Origin: Macrostomum lignano
Lineage: Eukaryota
Assembly: GCA_002269645.1 (NCBI GenBank)
Contig: NIVC01003986.1
Span: 2,341-66,340 of the forward strand
Length of the DNA: 64,000 nt
Direction of reading: 5' to 3'
Position numbers and translations under genes: made by a program. Shown one piece after another: positions 21,044 through 33,490 of this stretch. Within the stretch, counting starts at the first letter, position 1. The number at the start of each line of letters is the position of its first letter. The notes beneath the pieces were generated by a model, which saw only the letters and a program-made list of their open reading frames with translations, was not told the DNA's origin and ran no database searches.

Positions 21044-24000
21044 GGCAGGCAGACAGGCAGACAGACAGACAGACAGACAGACAGGCAGGCAGGCAGACAG
21101 ACAGGCAGATACTCACCTCTTCCCGCTTCTCTTCGCCCTCCTCCATCATCTTGGCGACGTTCTCAAACTTTTCGAGCTCCTGCCGCATGGTGTCGATCTT
21201 CGCCCGCTGGGTTTCGATCTCATCGGCCGTCTTCCTCTCCAGCTGGTCGATCTTGGCGGCGTCTCGCACGAGCTTCTCGTGACTCTCCGCCAGCGCCAAC
21301 ACCGTGGCGTCCGCTCGGTCCCGCTCGCCGGCTTTGAAGCTCAGCTGCTCGCGCATCGCCTTCAGCTCCGCCTCCGTCGGCAGGCCAGCCGCCCCCACCG
21401 TGGTCACCATGGCAACGCTGCGCGACAAGCCATCCAGCAGGTCGACTACCTGGCGCTCCCGCTCGGCCAGGACGGCCTTCTCGGCAGCCGCAGAGCGCTC
21501 GAAGTCGCCCAGGAAGCTGTCCATTTGCTCCTCGCGCTTGCGCAGCTCGCGGTACTGCTGCGAACGCTGCCCGGAGGTCGCCTCGATCTCCTCCTCGGTG
21601 GCGCGGATCTCCGCCTGCACCTCCGACAGTCGCGCTTGCGCCTCTTGGCTCTGCCGCTCCATTGTACCGATCTCAGCGTTGTCCTCGCGCACCTGCGGCC
21701 GCGGGAGGCGGGACTCTGCGTGACTCTCTGCTTTCCTGACTCTCATCTCATACACACCCATAGACTTTGCCATCTCATCCCACTTGGAATGCCATCTCAA
21801 CCCACTTGAATCCGATCTCATCCCACTTGAATCCCATCTCATCTGTCAGATTTATCCACATAAACTGACAAAAACCGTATCAATTCCTATTTATTCTATG
21901 TACTTTTGCGTTTAGTTGCCCCCAAATCGGGCCGTTTTACTTTCCTGTTGTGTGCACGATCTAGTTAGAACGTATAATAATTGTACGATCGATAATTTAG
22001 GTCTCGGTGTGCGTGGCGCACGAAGAGGTCCAGTTTATTACTTAAATATATAGTCGGGCCCTCGCCCCGGTTTTTTACTTTTGATTCACTTTCTCTCTAC
22101 CGCCTACTTTTACGACCGCGTGTTTCTATGAGCTAAATATGGCTTCAAGTGCTGTTCATTCCTTAGTTAATTATTTGTCCCACCAGCAATTGGACATCAT
22201 CCCATTTTGAAAGCAATCATATCCTATTTGGATTCCCACCTTATCCCACTTAGATTCCCATCTCAATCCGTTCGGCCATCCGAGCATCTCACGAGCCTCA
22301 GAGGCCGAGACTCACCTGGTTGAGCAGCCGCTCCCGCTCCTGGTTGGGGTCCCCGGCCGCCCGCTCGTCCTCAAGCAGGGCGTCCCGACGATCCGCCAGC
22401 TCGCGAAGCTGTTCGCACAGGCGCACAGCCTCCTGCTTGATGAGGTTGCCGCTCAGCTCGTCCTCCAGGCGGGCCCGCTGCCTCCGCAGGTTGTCGAGCT
22501 CGCGCTGGCTGGCCTCGAGCTCCCGGCTGGTGCGCTCCGCCTCCTCTCGGAGCTGCCGGTGCTGCCGCTGCTGCTCCGGGCGCATCCGAGCCACGATCGA
22601 GTCCGCCATGCGGCGCTCCTGCGGGATATTCGGGTGTGTCTGTCACTCTGGCTTGACTGTCACTCTGGCTTGACTGTCACTCTGGCTTGACTGTCACTCT
22701 GGCTTGACTGTCACTCTGGCTTGACTGTCACTCTGGCTTGACTGTCACTCTGGCTTGACTGTCACTCTGGCTTGACTGTCACTCTGGCTTGACTGTCACT
22801 CTGGCTTGACTGTCACTCTGGCTTGACTGTCACTCTGGCTTGACTGTCACTCTGGCTTGACTGTCACTCTGGCTTGACTGTCACTCTGGCTTGACTGTCA
22901 CTCTGGCTTGACTGTCACTCTGGATTGACTGTCACTCTGGCTTGTTTGTCACTCTGGCTTGACTGTCACTCTGGCTTGACTGTCACTCTGGCTTGACTGT
23001 CACTCTGGCTTGACTGTCACTCTGGCTTGACTGTCACTCTGGCTTGACTGTCACTCTGGCTTGACTGTCACTCTGGCTTGACTGTCACTCTGGCTTGACT
23101 GTCACTCTGGCTTGACTGTCACTCTGGATTGACTGTCACTCTGGCTTGACTGTCACTCTGGATTGACTGTCACTCTGGCTTGTTTGTCACTCTGGCTTGA
23201 CTGTCACTCTGGCTTGACTGTCACTCTGGCTTGACTGTCACTCTGGCTTGACTGTCACTTTGGCTTGACTGTCACTCTGGCTTGACTGTCACTCAGAATC
23301 CAATCTGTCACCCCAGCACCCAGCGGCTGCCCACCTGGTCCAGCTCCCGCTCAGCCGTGGCCACATCCGCTTCGGCCCGCTTCCGCTCCTCAAAGGTGGC
23401 CTCCAGGGCGGCCTCCTGGGCCTCGTTGCGGTCGCGCAGCTCGTCGCACTCGAGCTGCACCTCGGCGGAGTCCTGCTCCGTGTTCAGCCGGTCCAGCAGT
23501 GTGTTGGCATCGGCCAGCTGGCCCTGCAGGTCCTGGAGGGATTTTGGGGGGGGTGTCGAATGGCGGGTCTGTAGTCACGTGACTGAGCTAGGATCCGTGG
23601 TGCCAAGGTGCCAAGCGGACACAAATGGGGGACGAGATCGCTAAAGGCGTTGCGCCACTCGGTCACATAATCCACCGATTGGCTCTTGCTAAAATGAAAG
23701 ACTCAGAAGTCTCTCGCAGAGCTGGTGATCGACCAGGATTGCTGAAAACTGAAGAATGCAAGCCATAGATGTGGCCCGTAGTTGCTTGGGGAGTTGCGTA
23801 GCGCTGTGGGTAACGCCTCGGAGAGACACCAGACTCTGGTGCCGGCCGAACTCAGGCAGCTGGCTCACCTGGATGTCCTTGGCCAGGCTCTCGGCCATTG
23901 CCTCGTACTGGGCGAAGCTGCCGCTGTCCCGCTGCAGCTCTTCGTGGCTGGCCCTCAGCTTGGTGGTCTCGGCGTCCAGCTCAGCGATGCGAGTGCGCAG

Positions 24001-25866
24001 CAGGCCCAGGTAGAAGCTCTTGTCCTCCACCTGGCGCTTCGTGCCGCGGCCGCCGACCTTCATGCCGCCCAGGCCCTGCTGGGTGATCGGCCGGTCCTCG
24101 AACTAGGGATGAGTGGGGAGTTGAGGGGATGAGTGGGGAGTTGAGCTGTAGATGAGTGGGAAGTTGAACTGGGGATGAGTGAGGAGTTGAACTGTGGATG
24201 AGTGGGGAGTTGAACTGGGGATGAGTGGGGAGTTGAACTGTGGATGAGTGGGGAGTTGAACTGGGGATGAGTGGGGAGTTGAACTGTGGATGAGTGGGGA
24301 GTTGAACTGGGGATGAGTGAGGAGTTGAACTGGGGATGAGTGGGGAGTTGAACTGTGGATGAGTGGGGAGTTGAACTGGGGATGAGTGAGGAGTTGAACT
24401 GGGGATGAGTGGGGAGTTGAACTGTGGATGAGTGGGGAGTTGAACTGGGGATGAGTGGGGAGTTGAACTGTGGATGAGTGGGGAGTTGAACTGGGGATGA
24501 GTGGGGAGTTGAACTGGGATGAGTGGGGAGTTGAACTGGGGATGAGTGAGGAGTTGAACTGGGGATGAGTGGGGAGTTGAACTGTGGATGAGTGGGGAGT
24601 TGAACTGGGGATGAGTGAGGAGTTGAACTGGGGATGAGTGGGGAGTTGAACTGTGGATGAGTGGGGAGTTGAGCTGGGGATGAGTGGGGAGTTGAGCTGG
24701 GGATGAGTGGGGAGTTGAACTGGGGATGAGTGGGGAGTTGAACTGGGGATGAGTGGGGAGTTGAACTGGGGATGAGTGAGGAGTTGAACTGGGGATGAGT
24801 GGGGAGTTGAACTGGGGATGAGTGGGGAGTTGAACTGGGGATGAGTGGGGAGTTGAACTGGGGATGAGTGGGGAGTTGAACTGGGGATGAGTGGGGAGTT
24901 GAACTGTGGATGAGTGGGGAGTTGAACTGGGGATGAGTGGGGAGTTGAACTGGGGATGAGTGGGGAGTTGAACTGGGGATGAGTGGGGAGTTGAGCTGGG
25001 GATGAGTGGGGAGTTGAGCTGGGGATGAGTGAGGAGTTGAACTGGGGATGAGTGGGGAGTTGAACTGGGGATGAGTGGGGAGTTGAACTGGGGATGAGTG
25101 GGGAGTTGAACTGTGGATGAGTGGGGAGTTGAACTGGGGATGAGTGGGGAGTTGAACTGGGGATGAGTGGGGAGTTGAACTGGGGATGAGTGGGGAGTTG
25201 AGCTGGGGATGAGTGGGGAGTTGAATGCCTCCGACTGAGGGTGGCTGCGGTCTTCCAGGGCTGCGAGACTGAGTGTCAGAGAGGGTAGTAAAGTATCAGC
25301 GAGGGGAATCGAACTGTCAGAGAGGGTAGTGAACTGCCAGAGAGGGTAGTGAACTGCCAGAGAGGGTAGTGAACTGCCAGAGAGGGTTAGTGAACTGTCA
25401 GAGAGGGTTAGTGAACTGTCAGAGAGGATTAGGGAACTGTCAGAGAGGATTAGGGAACTGTCAGAGAGGATTAGGGAACTGTCAGAGTGGGTAGCGAAAT
25501 TTCAGAGAGGGTTAGTGAACTGTTAGAGAGTGAAAGTGTCAAGTATGGTAATGAAAGTTTCAGAGAAGGTAGTGAAGAGGCAAAGAAGGTAAGCAGGTGT
25601 CAGAAGAAGACATTTGGTGTCGGGGAAATCTTAGGGGGAGACAAGCGTGTCCACTAGGACTAAGAAGCTAACGGATGTCGCAGATGCAGTGAAAATCACG
25701 CATCCTCATGCCGGGCTCGAGAGCAGCTGAGAAGTGAAAACTCCAAGTTGCCAACCTGAACGGCGGCTCCGATTGTCAGACTTGACGGCCGGCCGTCGCC
25801 GCGACTGGCGCCGGCTTTCAGCCTGCTGGCAGTGCCCGGGCGGAGGGCGGTGCTGCGGCCGCTCAT
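19955..25866 (-). CDS. IFT74: Intraflagellar transport protein 74, 6 exons (25866-25756, 24102-23869, 23532-23335, 22618-22316, 21692-21117, 20260-19955), ~575 aa
   Basis: DRPITQQGLGGMK, VEDKSFYLGLLR, DLQGQLAD, IKQEAVRL, YRELRKREEQMDSF and NETHAQLANLERRWQHQEQNNF match IFT74 from memory. All junctions are GT-AG and phase 0. Confidence 0.93.
20275..20830. repeat. 20-bp intronic minisatellite, ~28 copies
   Basis: Unit GGGTGGGACAGATGCAG(A/G)C(A/C). Confidence 0.95.
20885..21110. repeat. (GACA)n microsatellite in an IFT74 intron
   Basis: Directly visible. Confidence 0.95.
22638..23293. repeat. 17-bp intronic minisatellite, ~38 copies
   Basis: Unit CTGTCACTCTGGCTTGA. Confidence 0.95.
24107..25225. 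repeat. 23-bp G-rich intronic minisatellite, ~48 copies
   Basis: Unit GGGATGAGTGGGGAGTTGAACTG; starts at the exon-2 acceptor of IFT74. Confidence 0.95.
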
Positions 25867-27449
25867 TGCTGCAGGGCGAACAGGGAGCAGCTTTGACTTT
25901 TGAATTCTACATTAGAATCTTTAGTGTAAAATGCTTTGTTTGCATAAAACTCAAATATACATTTACACATACTAAAACTAAACATTCAAAGCAAACACAC
26001 TGCGTCTATCTTTTTGTTAAAGATAGAAAAATCTCAGCTATTTCTCCTTTTTTATACAAAACCACCTGATTGAAAGCGATACACAAAATCCTGATTATAT
26101 TATAAATATGAGTTATATGTATAAATAAATTATAACTATTATTTAATACTTAGAAAATTCCAGTTATAATATCTTTTGATGATAAGCAATACTTGTATAA
26201 AATAAGGGATATACATTAGTTTTGGTGTATTTTGTGAAAAAACCTAACAAATATGTATTAATAAGAATAATAATATATGTGTGATTTAGGTATAAAATCA
26301 TTTTAACAACTTCATTCATACAGAATATTAGCCAGAACTAACCAGAAACAAAATACAAATCATATTTAGACAAGACAAATGGTATATGATATATTATATA
26401 GTAGGCCTGGCCCTAAACTTGTAAAACACAGTATCCACATTAAGAAACAGAATTGTTGCTTGTTTATTTTATTTTATTCTTTTTTAGGTAATAATGCTAT
26501 TTTATTATTTATTTTTGTCTCAAATTTAAGGGTGCAGCTTAAGTTTTAAGATAAAGTCTGAAAATTAATAAGTATGACACTGACAGAATAAGAACTAAAG
26601 AAATCGCGATCTTTACTTTTCACGTTTCATTATTTTCTTGGAAAATTTACCTTTTCTGTTCAGGTAAATTATTTAGTAATAATTTAGTTTCAGCGGATGT
26701 GTCAACTATCAACAAGTGAAACTGGTGAAACTGGTGAAGAAGGAAACATTCGGATTGAGCAGGTCACCAACTGGTAGTTTTAGGTGCAGGTGGGCGGCCG
26801 CCGGCCAGCCAGCCATGATTTCGGTGGTGCACTAAGATAAAATTGAGTATTTAAGTTGCGTGACTGCTGAGTTGAGTCTACTGCATCTTGCCCATACTGA
26901 CTGAGTCTACCCACCCGACTGAAAGTTAGAGACTTTGTGCCAGAGAAAAATCTTTCAAGGCACGTCATTCTATACCTATTGAAATTGCAACTTATCAAAG
27001 AAAATAATTAAACGCGCGAAAGTAAAAGAAGCCAAAAACCCTTGCTAACACACAGCTAACACTAAATAAAATATTATTCTATCGATTACTGCTGCTATTT
27101 CAAAAAAACTTTTGCTGGCAGATATTGTTGTAATACACAATCGCAATTTTTTGAAGGTCTGATTTCTGAACTACACCTCACAAATACAATCTACATTTTT
27201 TACGAATTTCATTATCATGAAAGAATGTATAGAATATCAAACTGAATCACTTAACTATAAACTAACTTTATGTAAGAAAATAAGTCTTATGTGTAGTACT
27301 ACTTTCTAGTTTATTATTTTTTTCATTTTGATGGTCAAAAAATTACAAGTTATGGTTCTAATCGAGACGATGTGTTAGGTTTTGTTTACAGTGGTTAAAC
27401 CGGAAAAAATATACGCACAGTCTACAACTTTAGATAGCTTAATTATAAC

Positions 27450-27930
27450 AGAAAATGAGAACACAATGTTTTCGCAATCTCAAAAATGCTTTCAGTCGCG
27501 ATTTTCTGCTCTCTGAAAGAGTTACCAAGCAAATTTAATTGAAGCTTGCATGGTCACTTGTAATTGTACATGTATTTAGAGTCAGAGAGCGCAGTGCGGT
27601 AACACTTGTGGTGCTTTCTTATTTACGGCGCCGAAACTTTATGTTCGACAGTTCTAAAACAGGCATTAGCTGTCTTGCTGAATATGATTCTTTAGCTGCT
27701 CCAAGCCCAGGATGAAGCTGAAGCTTGTAGGCGTACAAGATGCGCTCCTTATAAGGGCATAAGGGCCCTTATCGCTCCTCCGATAAAGGCAAAGTTCTGA
27801 GCCGTGTCATCCTACTTGCTCAGTTTGGAAACTGCTTCGAAGCGTTGAAACCAGCGTTCGATTTCCGCTGGGGCTTCTGTCTCCAGTGGTTCGATAAGAC
27901 CAGCCGTCGTCGCCGGTGTTGGTTTTCTTA
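27450..27930 (-). pseudogene. Degenerate LTR-retrotransposon gag N-terminal remnant
   Basis: Manual translation EIERWFQRFEAVSKL ... KFRRRK*ESTTSVTALRSL resembles Gypsy gag; contains multiple stops. Confidence 0.4.
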
Positions 27931-27994
27931 AGGATTGATTTCAAGTCCTTTAATTATTTTGAGTAGCAGCCTTTAGCTCATCTCAACAGCCAGT

Positions 27995-28910
27995 TATTCC
28001 TTTTTGCGGCCTAGTTGGTACTGCAAGCTTTCAGTTTAATCATAGATACGGAAATCAGGCTTGCGAGACTGAAAATTTTCTGTCTATGGTCGACACTCGT
28101 TGGCATAGCGGATTTCAATTTAATCCTGGGGGCATCAATTTGATCATTCTAATCATATAACGTTAGATATCCAGTGCTATAACACAAATCGTTTACTTAT
28201 CATTGAGAAAATCTAAAACAGAACAATACAATAAACAAATAAAAGCTTTAGCGTCGAATGTCGTCGAGTCAGGCTGGAATGAACCTCAGCATCTGCCGGT
28301 ACCAGCCTCCCCATTTTGCAAAGGTCACTTCACGGTCCTCTGCAACCCTCTGTAGGACAAGGATTCGCCACTCTCGTAGCGAATGACCATCAGGCGGAGT
28401 GTCGAGCTCTTCTTGCAGTTGTGGTTGAGCCAGCTGGCGTTTGATGGCTGCCTTCAGGCAGGCGTGCGCGTTTTTCACAGGATTGAGGAATGGCGAGTAT
28501 GGAGGCAATGTCACCAGGCGCCAAGCGGGCTGAAATTGATCTGGGATTGTCACTCCATGATGAAAACGGGCGTAATCCATGATCACACAGACTCCTCGCC
28601 ATCAGGTACATCACCACGAATCGTCACGCTTTGCACCAGATCATTGATGAACGTCTGGAACCTGACTGCCGTCATACTCTCTCCGAAGATCATATGATGT
28701 AAAAACAAGTTAAAGACAGGTTTCGCTGACAGTAAAAATGTGCATTGAATGCATAGAATGATCAAATTGATGCCCCCAGGATTAAATTGAACTCCGCTAT
28801 GCCAGCGAGTGTCGACCATAGACAGAAAATTTTCAGTCTCGCAAGCCTGATTTCCGTCTCTATGATTAAACTGAGAGCTTGCAGCACCAAGTAGGCCGCA
28901 AAAAGGAATA
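27995..28910 (-). mobile_element. Tc1/IS630-like transposon derivative with ~155-bp TIRs
   Basis: Arms 27995-28150 and 28749-28910 are inverted, with GTCTATGG at 28082 and CCATAGAC at 28816. The internal DDE_3-like fragment reads FQTFINDL...IMDYARFHH...LPPYSPFLNPVK (28269-28745). Confidence 0.85.
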
Positions 28911-30020
28911 TTACTCTTTCATGATATTTCGCGGCTCTTTTAGTTAGTGAGCATAGCTCGTACTGTACGAAATGTCCATAGACATTTGCGGCTCAGCAGC
29001 CATGAACGGCTTGTAAATAAAATGCATTTGTTAACTAAATAAAAGTTCATCACTATGCTAACACATGTATACATGTACTCAGCTATATTTCTGTCGATCT
29101 AAGGCCAGCGAAGTCGCCCAGATCCTGTTAAAAATACATATGTAGATCCCGCCAATAAATTAAAGCCTAGACTAAAGAGAATAAATTAAGAGAGCTCATG
29201 TAGACGTCAGCATTATTACATGTAAGTACGATAGGGATAAACGGTATACAGGTGCGATCGCGTATACTCTGGTGCACACATACGCTCGTATTGAAACAAC
29301 TTTCGGCCTTGAATATAATACATGTACATGCGATTCAATCAAGAAATGATTATGTTCAAGGTAGCTCATATTCAGGAATTCATGTCAGCAGCTGCCTTTC
29401 AGGGTTCCCTTTTCTTCCCTTTTCTTCTATTTACACAGACAATTATATATAATTGCCCAGCAGGATATCAAAGCTGCAATCAAGCCTTACTGTGTAGCCA
29501 AAGATGACCATTGGTCTAGCTAACTCAGTGACTACGAGTATGGCCTATCCTTGTGAAACTTTCTGGTCTTTCTGGTAACAACCCACCCCGACCTTTCACC
29601 CAATTATTAAAGCCATTCGCGTATCTCGGTATGTTCATGACCAATCTTTTGTGGTATTTCTCCCTTAATTATTACGTGATAAACGATAAATCTCTGGGTC
29701 CGATGGGGGTATAAAGGCGACGAAACGAGGTTTTCATGCCGGGGTTGCTGTTGCACAGTGCATACATATGTATGCAAGCGGCCGCCTCGCCCCGAATGAA
29801 ACTGGGACACTGAAATTCTGGCTAATTCAAACACATTCAGTGGCTCCGCGATTGCTCCAAAAAGTTTGCGAAGACAAATTCAATGCGCCTCGGAGGACCG
29901 GCCCGCAGTGCGCTTCTGCCAGCAAACATCGGCCTGGCGCTGACTGCCCAGGAGTCCTGTCCCTAATGCATCGGTCAACATTGCGACCAGCATATACCAG
30001 AAGCATTGAGCCTAGAATGT

Positions 30021-30034
30021 GTTGCCATGGCAAC
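30021..30034. promoter_or_regulatory. X-box (RFX-binding) motif
   Basis: Perfect palindrome GTTGCCATGGCAAC ending 89 bp upstream of the DEG/ENaC ATG. Confidence 0.65.
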
Positions 30035-30122
30035 GCAAATACAACTTTCCTGCTACATTTAGGCCACATCTAGCTACATCAGGCAGCTGCTTTTTGCGAG
30101 AAACTCAGCCTGAGCTCAAGCA

Positions 30123-31973
30123 ATGTCAACTGCTGCAATGGACGAGACCCCCAGCACCGGAGCGCTGCTGACGCAGGTCCTGGCCGCGGCTACCAGCGAG
30201 ACCACAGCCCACGGGCTCAGCAGGCTGGCGGGCCAGAGGCCGCTCTACATCAAGCTCTGCTGGCTGCTGGCCTTCCTGGGCCTGCTCGCTGTGTTCACCT
30301 TCAGCATGCACGGCTTCACAAGCAAGCTCGTCAGAGGCGAGGTCAGCACTTCCTACGAGGCCGAGGCTGTGGACTTCCAGTTTCCCGACGTGTACTTCTG
30401 CAACAATGTCCAGGTTTCGGGCACCTACTCCGTCACGCTCGCCAGCGAGGTCGTCACCGACATCAACGCCAGGATGACCGCCTCGCTCGCCACCTTCGAC
30501 TCGGCGCTGCAGCGGCTGCTCAACTCGTCGCTAGCGAACGCCACCGAGTCTCAGATCGGGCAGATGAAGCTGTACAGACTGAAGTCCGCCATCCAGTCAA
30601 TGCCGTACAGCTTGCTGGTGGACCATCTCGCTCACAAGGAGCAGCAGACGGTACTGAAGAACGACAGCAAGTCGGGCGTCTCCCTCAGACCCTTCTACCA
30701 CCCGAATCACCTCAAGTGTCTCAAGGTTGAGCTGACCGAGCAGAGACTCGCTGAGCTGAGCAAGGTCAACTCGGAGATCAGCTTCCAGTTCATTCTGGAT
30801 CCACACTTTACCGACTTTGATGACACATTGAATGTCAGCGCGTATTCGCAGATAATGCGCGTAACCGTCCCGCTGTACAACAAAATACAAATACTCGTGT
30901 ACGACTGGGACCTGGACTCGCCCTACGAGATCGACAGGCCGATGGGAATGAGGCTGTACCTGGCTCCTCGAGGCGAGTACCCGAGCAGGTTCGTGACCAA
31001 CTTCCTGCTCGCTCCCGGCAGGTCCTACAGCATCGGGCTCAGCATGCAGAGCATCAAGAAGGAGCCCGAGGCGTACGGCGGACGCTGCCTGACGGAGACT
31101 CCCGACGTGCAGTTCGTCAATCCGTACGACGGCTCGGCGTACGCGTTCGGCTACAGCAACAGCTTCTGCTACTTCTCAGAGTTTGCTCGGCAGCTGTCTG
31201 TGAACGGTGGCTGCAGTCCGTACGTGAACCCGCTGCCGTGGCAGTTCAGGCACCTGCGCTTCTGCCTGAATGCGAGCGGCCTGAACGAGTCTCAGATCGA
31301 GTCGAACCTCCTGCAGGCGTTCACAGCTGACACGGCCGCGCTGAGCGACTTCCAGCAGCTGTGCCAGAGCAGGCAGCTGTGCGTGTCACGGAAGTACGAG
31401 ACCAGCACCTCCAGCGCGAACTGGCCCAACGAGAACGGGCAGATCCGGCTTGTTTTGAACATCATGAAGACTATTCTGGACAAATCTCCAAGCACATATC
31501 GGCCTGCCTGGAGGGCGTTAATTCACTCCGTGAGGCAGCACTTTTCTGCGGAAGATGGGGAGGAGGACATTTCTGATGCAGAATTTATGACCAACAAGTT
31601 CTTCTCCCGCTCGGGCCTGAAGGTGACGCTGCGCAGCCAGCAGTCGCGCAGCTCGCAGATCCGGCTGTCGCCCGGCTACTCTCTGCAGACGTTCATCGCC
31701 GACATTGGCGGTACTGCGGGCATCTACCTTGGCTGCAGCCTGCTGAGCCTGTGCGAGCTCGTCGAGCTGCTGTACAACCTGATCGCCAAGACCCGGGGGC
31801 AGCGAAGCTCCACCAACATCGTCCGCGTGAGGCCCGCGCCACCGACGGCCAGCAGCTCGGGCACGCCGGACTGCAGCGAGGTGGAGCTGGGCGACAAGAA
31901 GCTCAGCTCAGGAATCTCAGGAGTAGAAAATTGTTGTTCAATTAAAGCTTGTGATGGTGTGATGCTTGCTTAA
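30123..31973 (+). CDS. DEG/ENaC/ASIC-family sodium channel subunit, intronless, 616 aa
   Basis: N-terminal HG motif (TTAHGLSRL), TM1 LCWLLAFLGLLAVF, FPDVYFCN, Cys-rich thumb region, pre-TM2 FIADIGG and TM2 GIYLGCSLLSLCE (GxS filter). Confidence 0.93.
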   Translation: MSTAAMDETPSTGALLTQVLAAATSETTAHGLSRLAGQRPLYIKLCWLLAFLGLLAVFTFSMHGFTSKLVRGEVSTSYEAEAVDFQFPDVYFCNNVQVSGTYSVTLASEVVTDINARMTASLATFDSALQRLLNSSLANATESQIGQMKLYRLKSAIQSMPYSLLVDHLAHKEQQTVLKNDSKSGVSLRPFYHPNHLKCLKVELTEQRLAELSKVNSEISFQFILDPHFTDFDDTLNVSAYSQIMRVTVPLYNKIQILVYDWDLDSPYEIDRPMGMRLYLAPRGEYPSRFVTNFLLAPGRSYSIGLSMQSIKKEPEAYGGRCLTETPDVQFVNPYDGSAYAFGYSNSFCYFSEFARQLSVNGGCSPYVNPLPWQFRHLRFCLNASGLNESQIESNLLQAFTADTAALSDFQQLCQSRQLCVSRKYETSTSSANWPNENGQIRLVLNIMKTILDKSPSTYRPAWRALIHSVRQHFSAEDGEEDISDAEFMTNKFFSRSGLKVTLRSQQSRSSQIRLSPGYSLQTFIADIGGTAGIYLGCSLLSLCELVELLYNLIAKTRGQRSSTNIVRVRPAPPTASSSGTPDCSEVELGDKKLSSGISGVENCCSIKACDGVMLA

Positions 31974-32361
31974 GCAGCCTCAGCTCGTCTCGATATTTTT
32001 GTTGGCTTGCAGAGGATGAGTCAAAGTTCAGCCTGAGTGCATAGTTTTCAATTTACCTGATAAACGGTTGAAGAGTGCAAGTTCAATTAAAGTGACACAA
32101 ATGAGCCTAACTACGAGTATTCCTGTCTCGGCTTTGTACCTGTGCTTTTGCCCTCTAAGCTGGAAGATTAATTTGTTATATATATTTTCTTCATAACTTT
32201 TTTATCCCCGATTTGCCCGTTAGTTACTATTTGAATCTATTACATCGCAAACAGTCGTATATTTTCATCAGTATAAAATGTAACTCTCCGCACTGCTCAG
32301 TGTGCCAGAGTCAGCCCCCATTCATTTGTTCATTCTTCCTACCGAGCCGACGGGCTGTCCG

Positions 32362-33490
32362 GGAGGAGTTTAGAGAGGATTTTAGGGTGGAGTTTAGGGA
32401 GGATTTTAGGGTGGAGTTTAGGGAGGAGTTTAGGGAGGAGTTTAGGGAGGAGTTTAGGGAGGATTTTAGGGTGGAGTTTAGGGAGGATTTTAGGGTGGAG
32501 TTTAGGGAGGATTTTAGGGTGGAGTTTAGGGAGGATTTTAGGGTGGAGTTTAGGGAGGATTTTAGGGTGGAGTTTAGGGAGGAGTTTAGGGAGGAGTTTA
32601 GGGAGGAGTTTAGGAAGGAGTTTAGGGAGGAGTTTAGGGAGGAGTTTAGGGTGGAGTTTAGGGAGGAGTTTAGAGAGGAGTTTAGGGTGGAGTTTAGGGA
32701 GGATTTTAGAGTGGAGTTTAGGAAGGAGTTTAGGGAGGAGTTTAGGGAGGAGTTTAGGGAGGAGTTTAGGGAGGATTTTAGGGTGGAGTTTAGGGAGGAG
32801 TTTAGGGAGGATTTTAGGGTGGAGTTTAGGGAGGATTTTAGGGTGAAGTTTAGGGAGGAGTTTAGAGAGGATTTTAGGGTGGAGTTTAGGGTGGAGTTTA
32901 GGGAGGAGTTTAGGGAGGAGTTTAGGGTGGAGTTTAGGGAGGATTTTAGGGTGGAGTTTAGGGAGGAGTTTAGAGAGGATTTTAGGGTGGAGTTTAGGGT
33001 GGAGTTTAGGGAGGAATTTAGGGAGTTTAGGGTGGAGTTTAGGGAGGAGTTTAGGGAGGATTTTAGGGTGGAGTTTAGGGAGGAGTTTAGGGAGGATTTT
33101 AGGGTGGAGTTTAGGGAGGATTTTAGGGTGGAGTTTAGGGAGGAGTTTAGAGAGGATTTTAGGGTGGAGTTTAGGGTGGAGTTTAGGGAGGAGTTTAGGG
33201 AGGAGTTTAGGGAGGAGTTTAGGGAGGATTTTAGGGTGGAGTTTAGGGAGGAGTTTAGAGAGGATTTTAGGGTGGAGTTTAGGGTGGAGTTTAGGGAGGA
33301 ATTTAGGGAGGAGTTTAGGGTGGAGTTTAGGGAGGAGTTTAGGGAGGATTTTAGGGTGGAGTTTAGAGTGGAGTTTAGGGAGGAGTTTAGGGAGGAGTTT
33401 AGGGTGGAGTTTAGGGAGGAGTTTAGGGAGGATTTTAGCGTGGAGTTTAGGGAGGAGTTTAGGGAGGAGTTTAGGGAGGAGTTTAGAGAG
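32362..33490. repeat. 12-bp telomere-like satellite
   Basis: Units GAGTTTAGGGAG, GATTTTAGGGTG and GAGTTTAGGGTG; nearly all contain TTTAGGG. Confidence 0.95.

Noticed and set aside
19929-21809. 626-aa plus-strand ORF
   Set aside because: It is antisense to IFT74 exons plus satellites.
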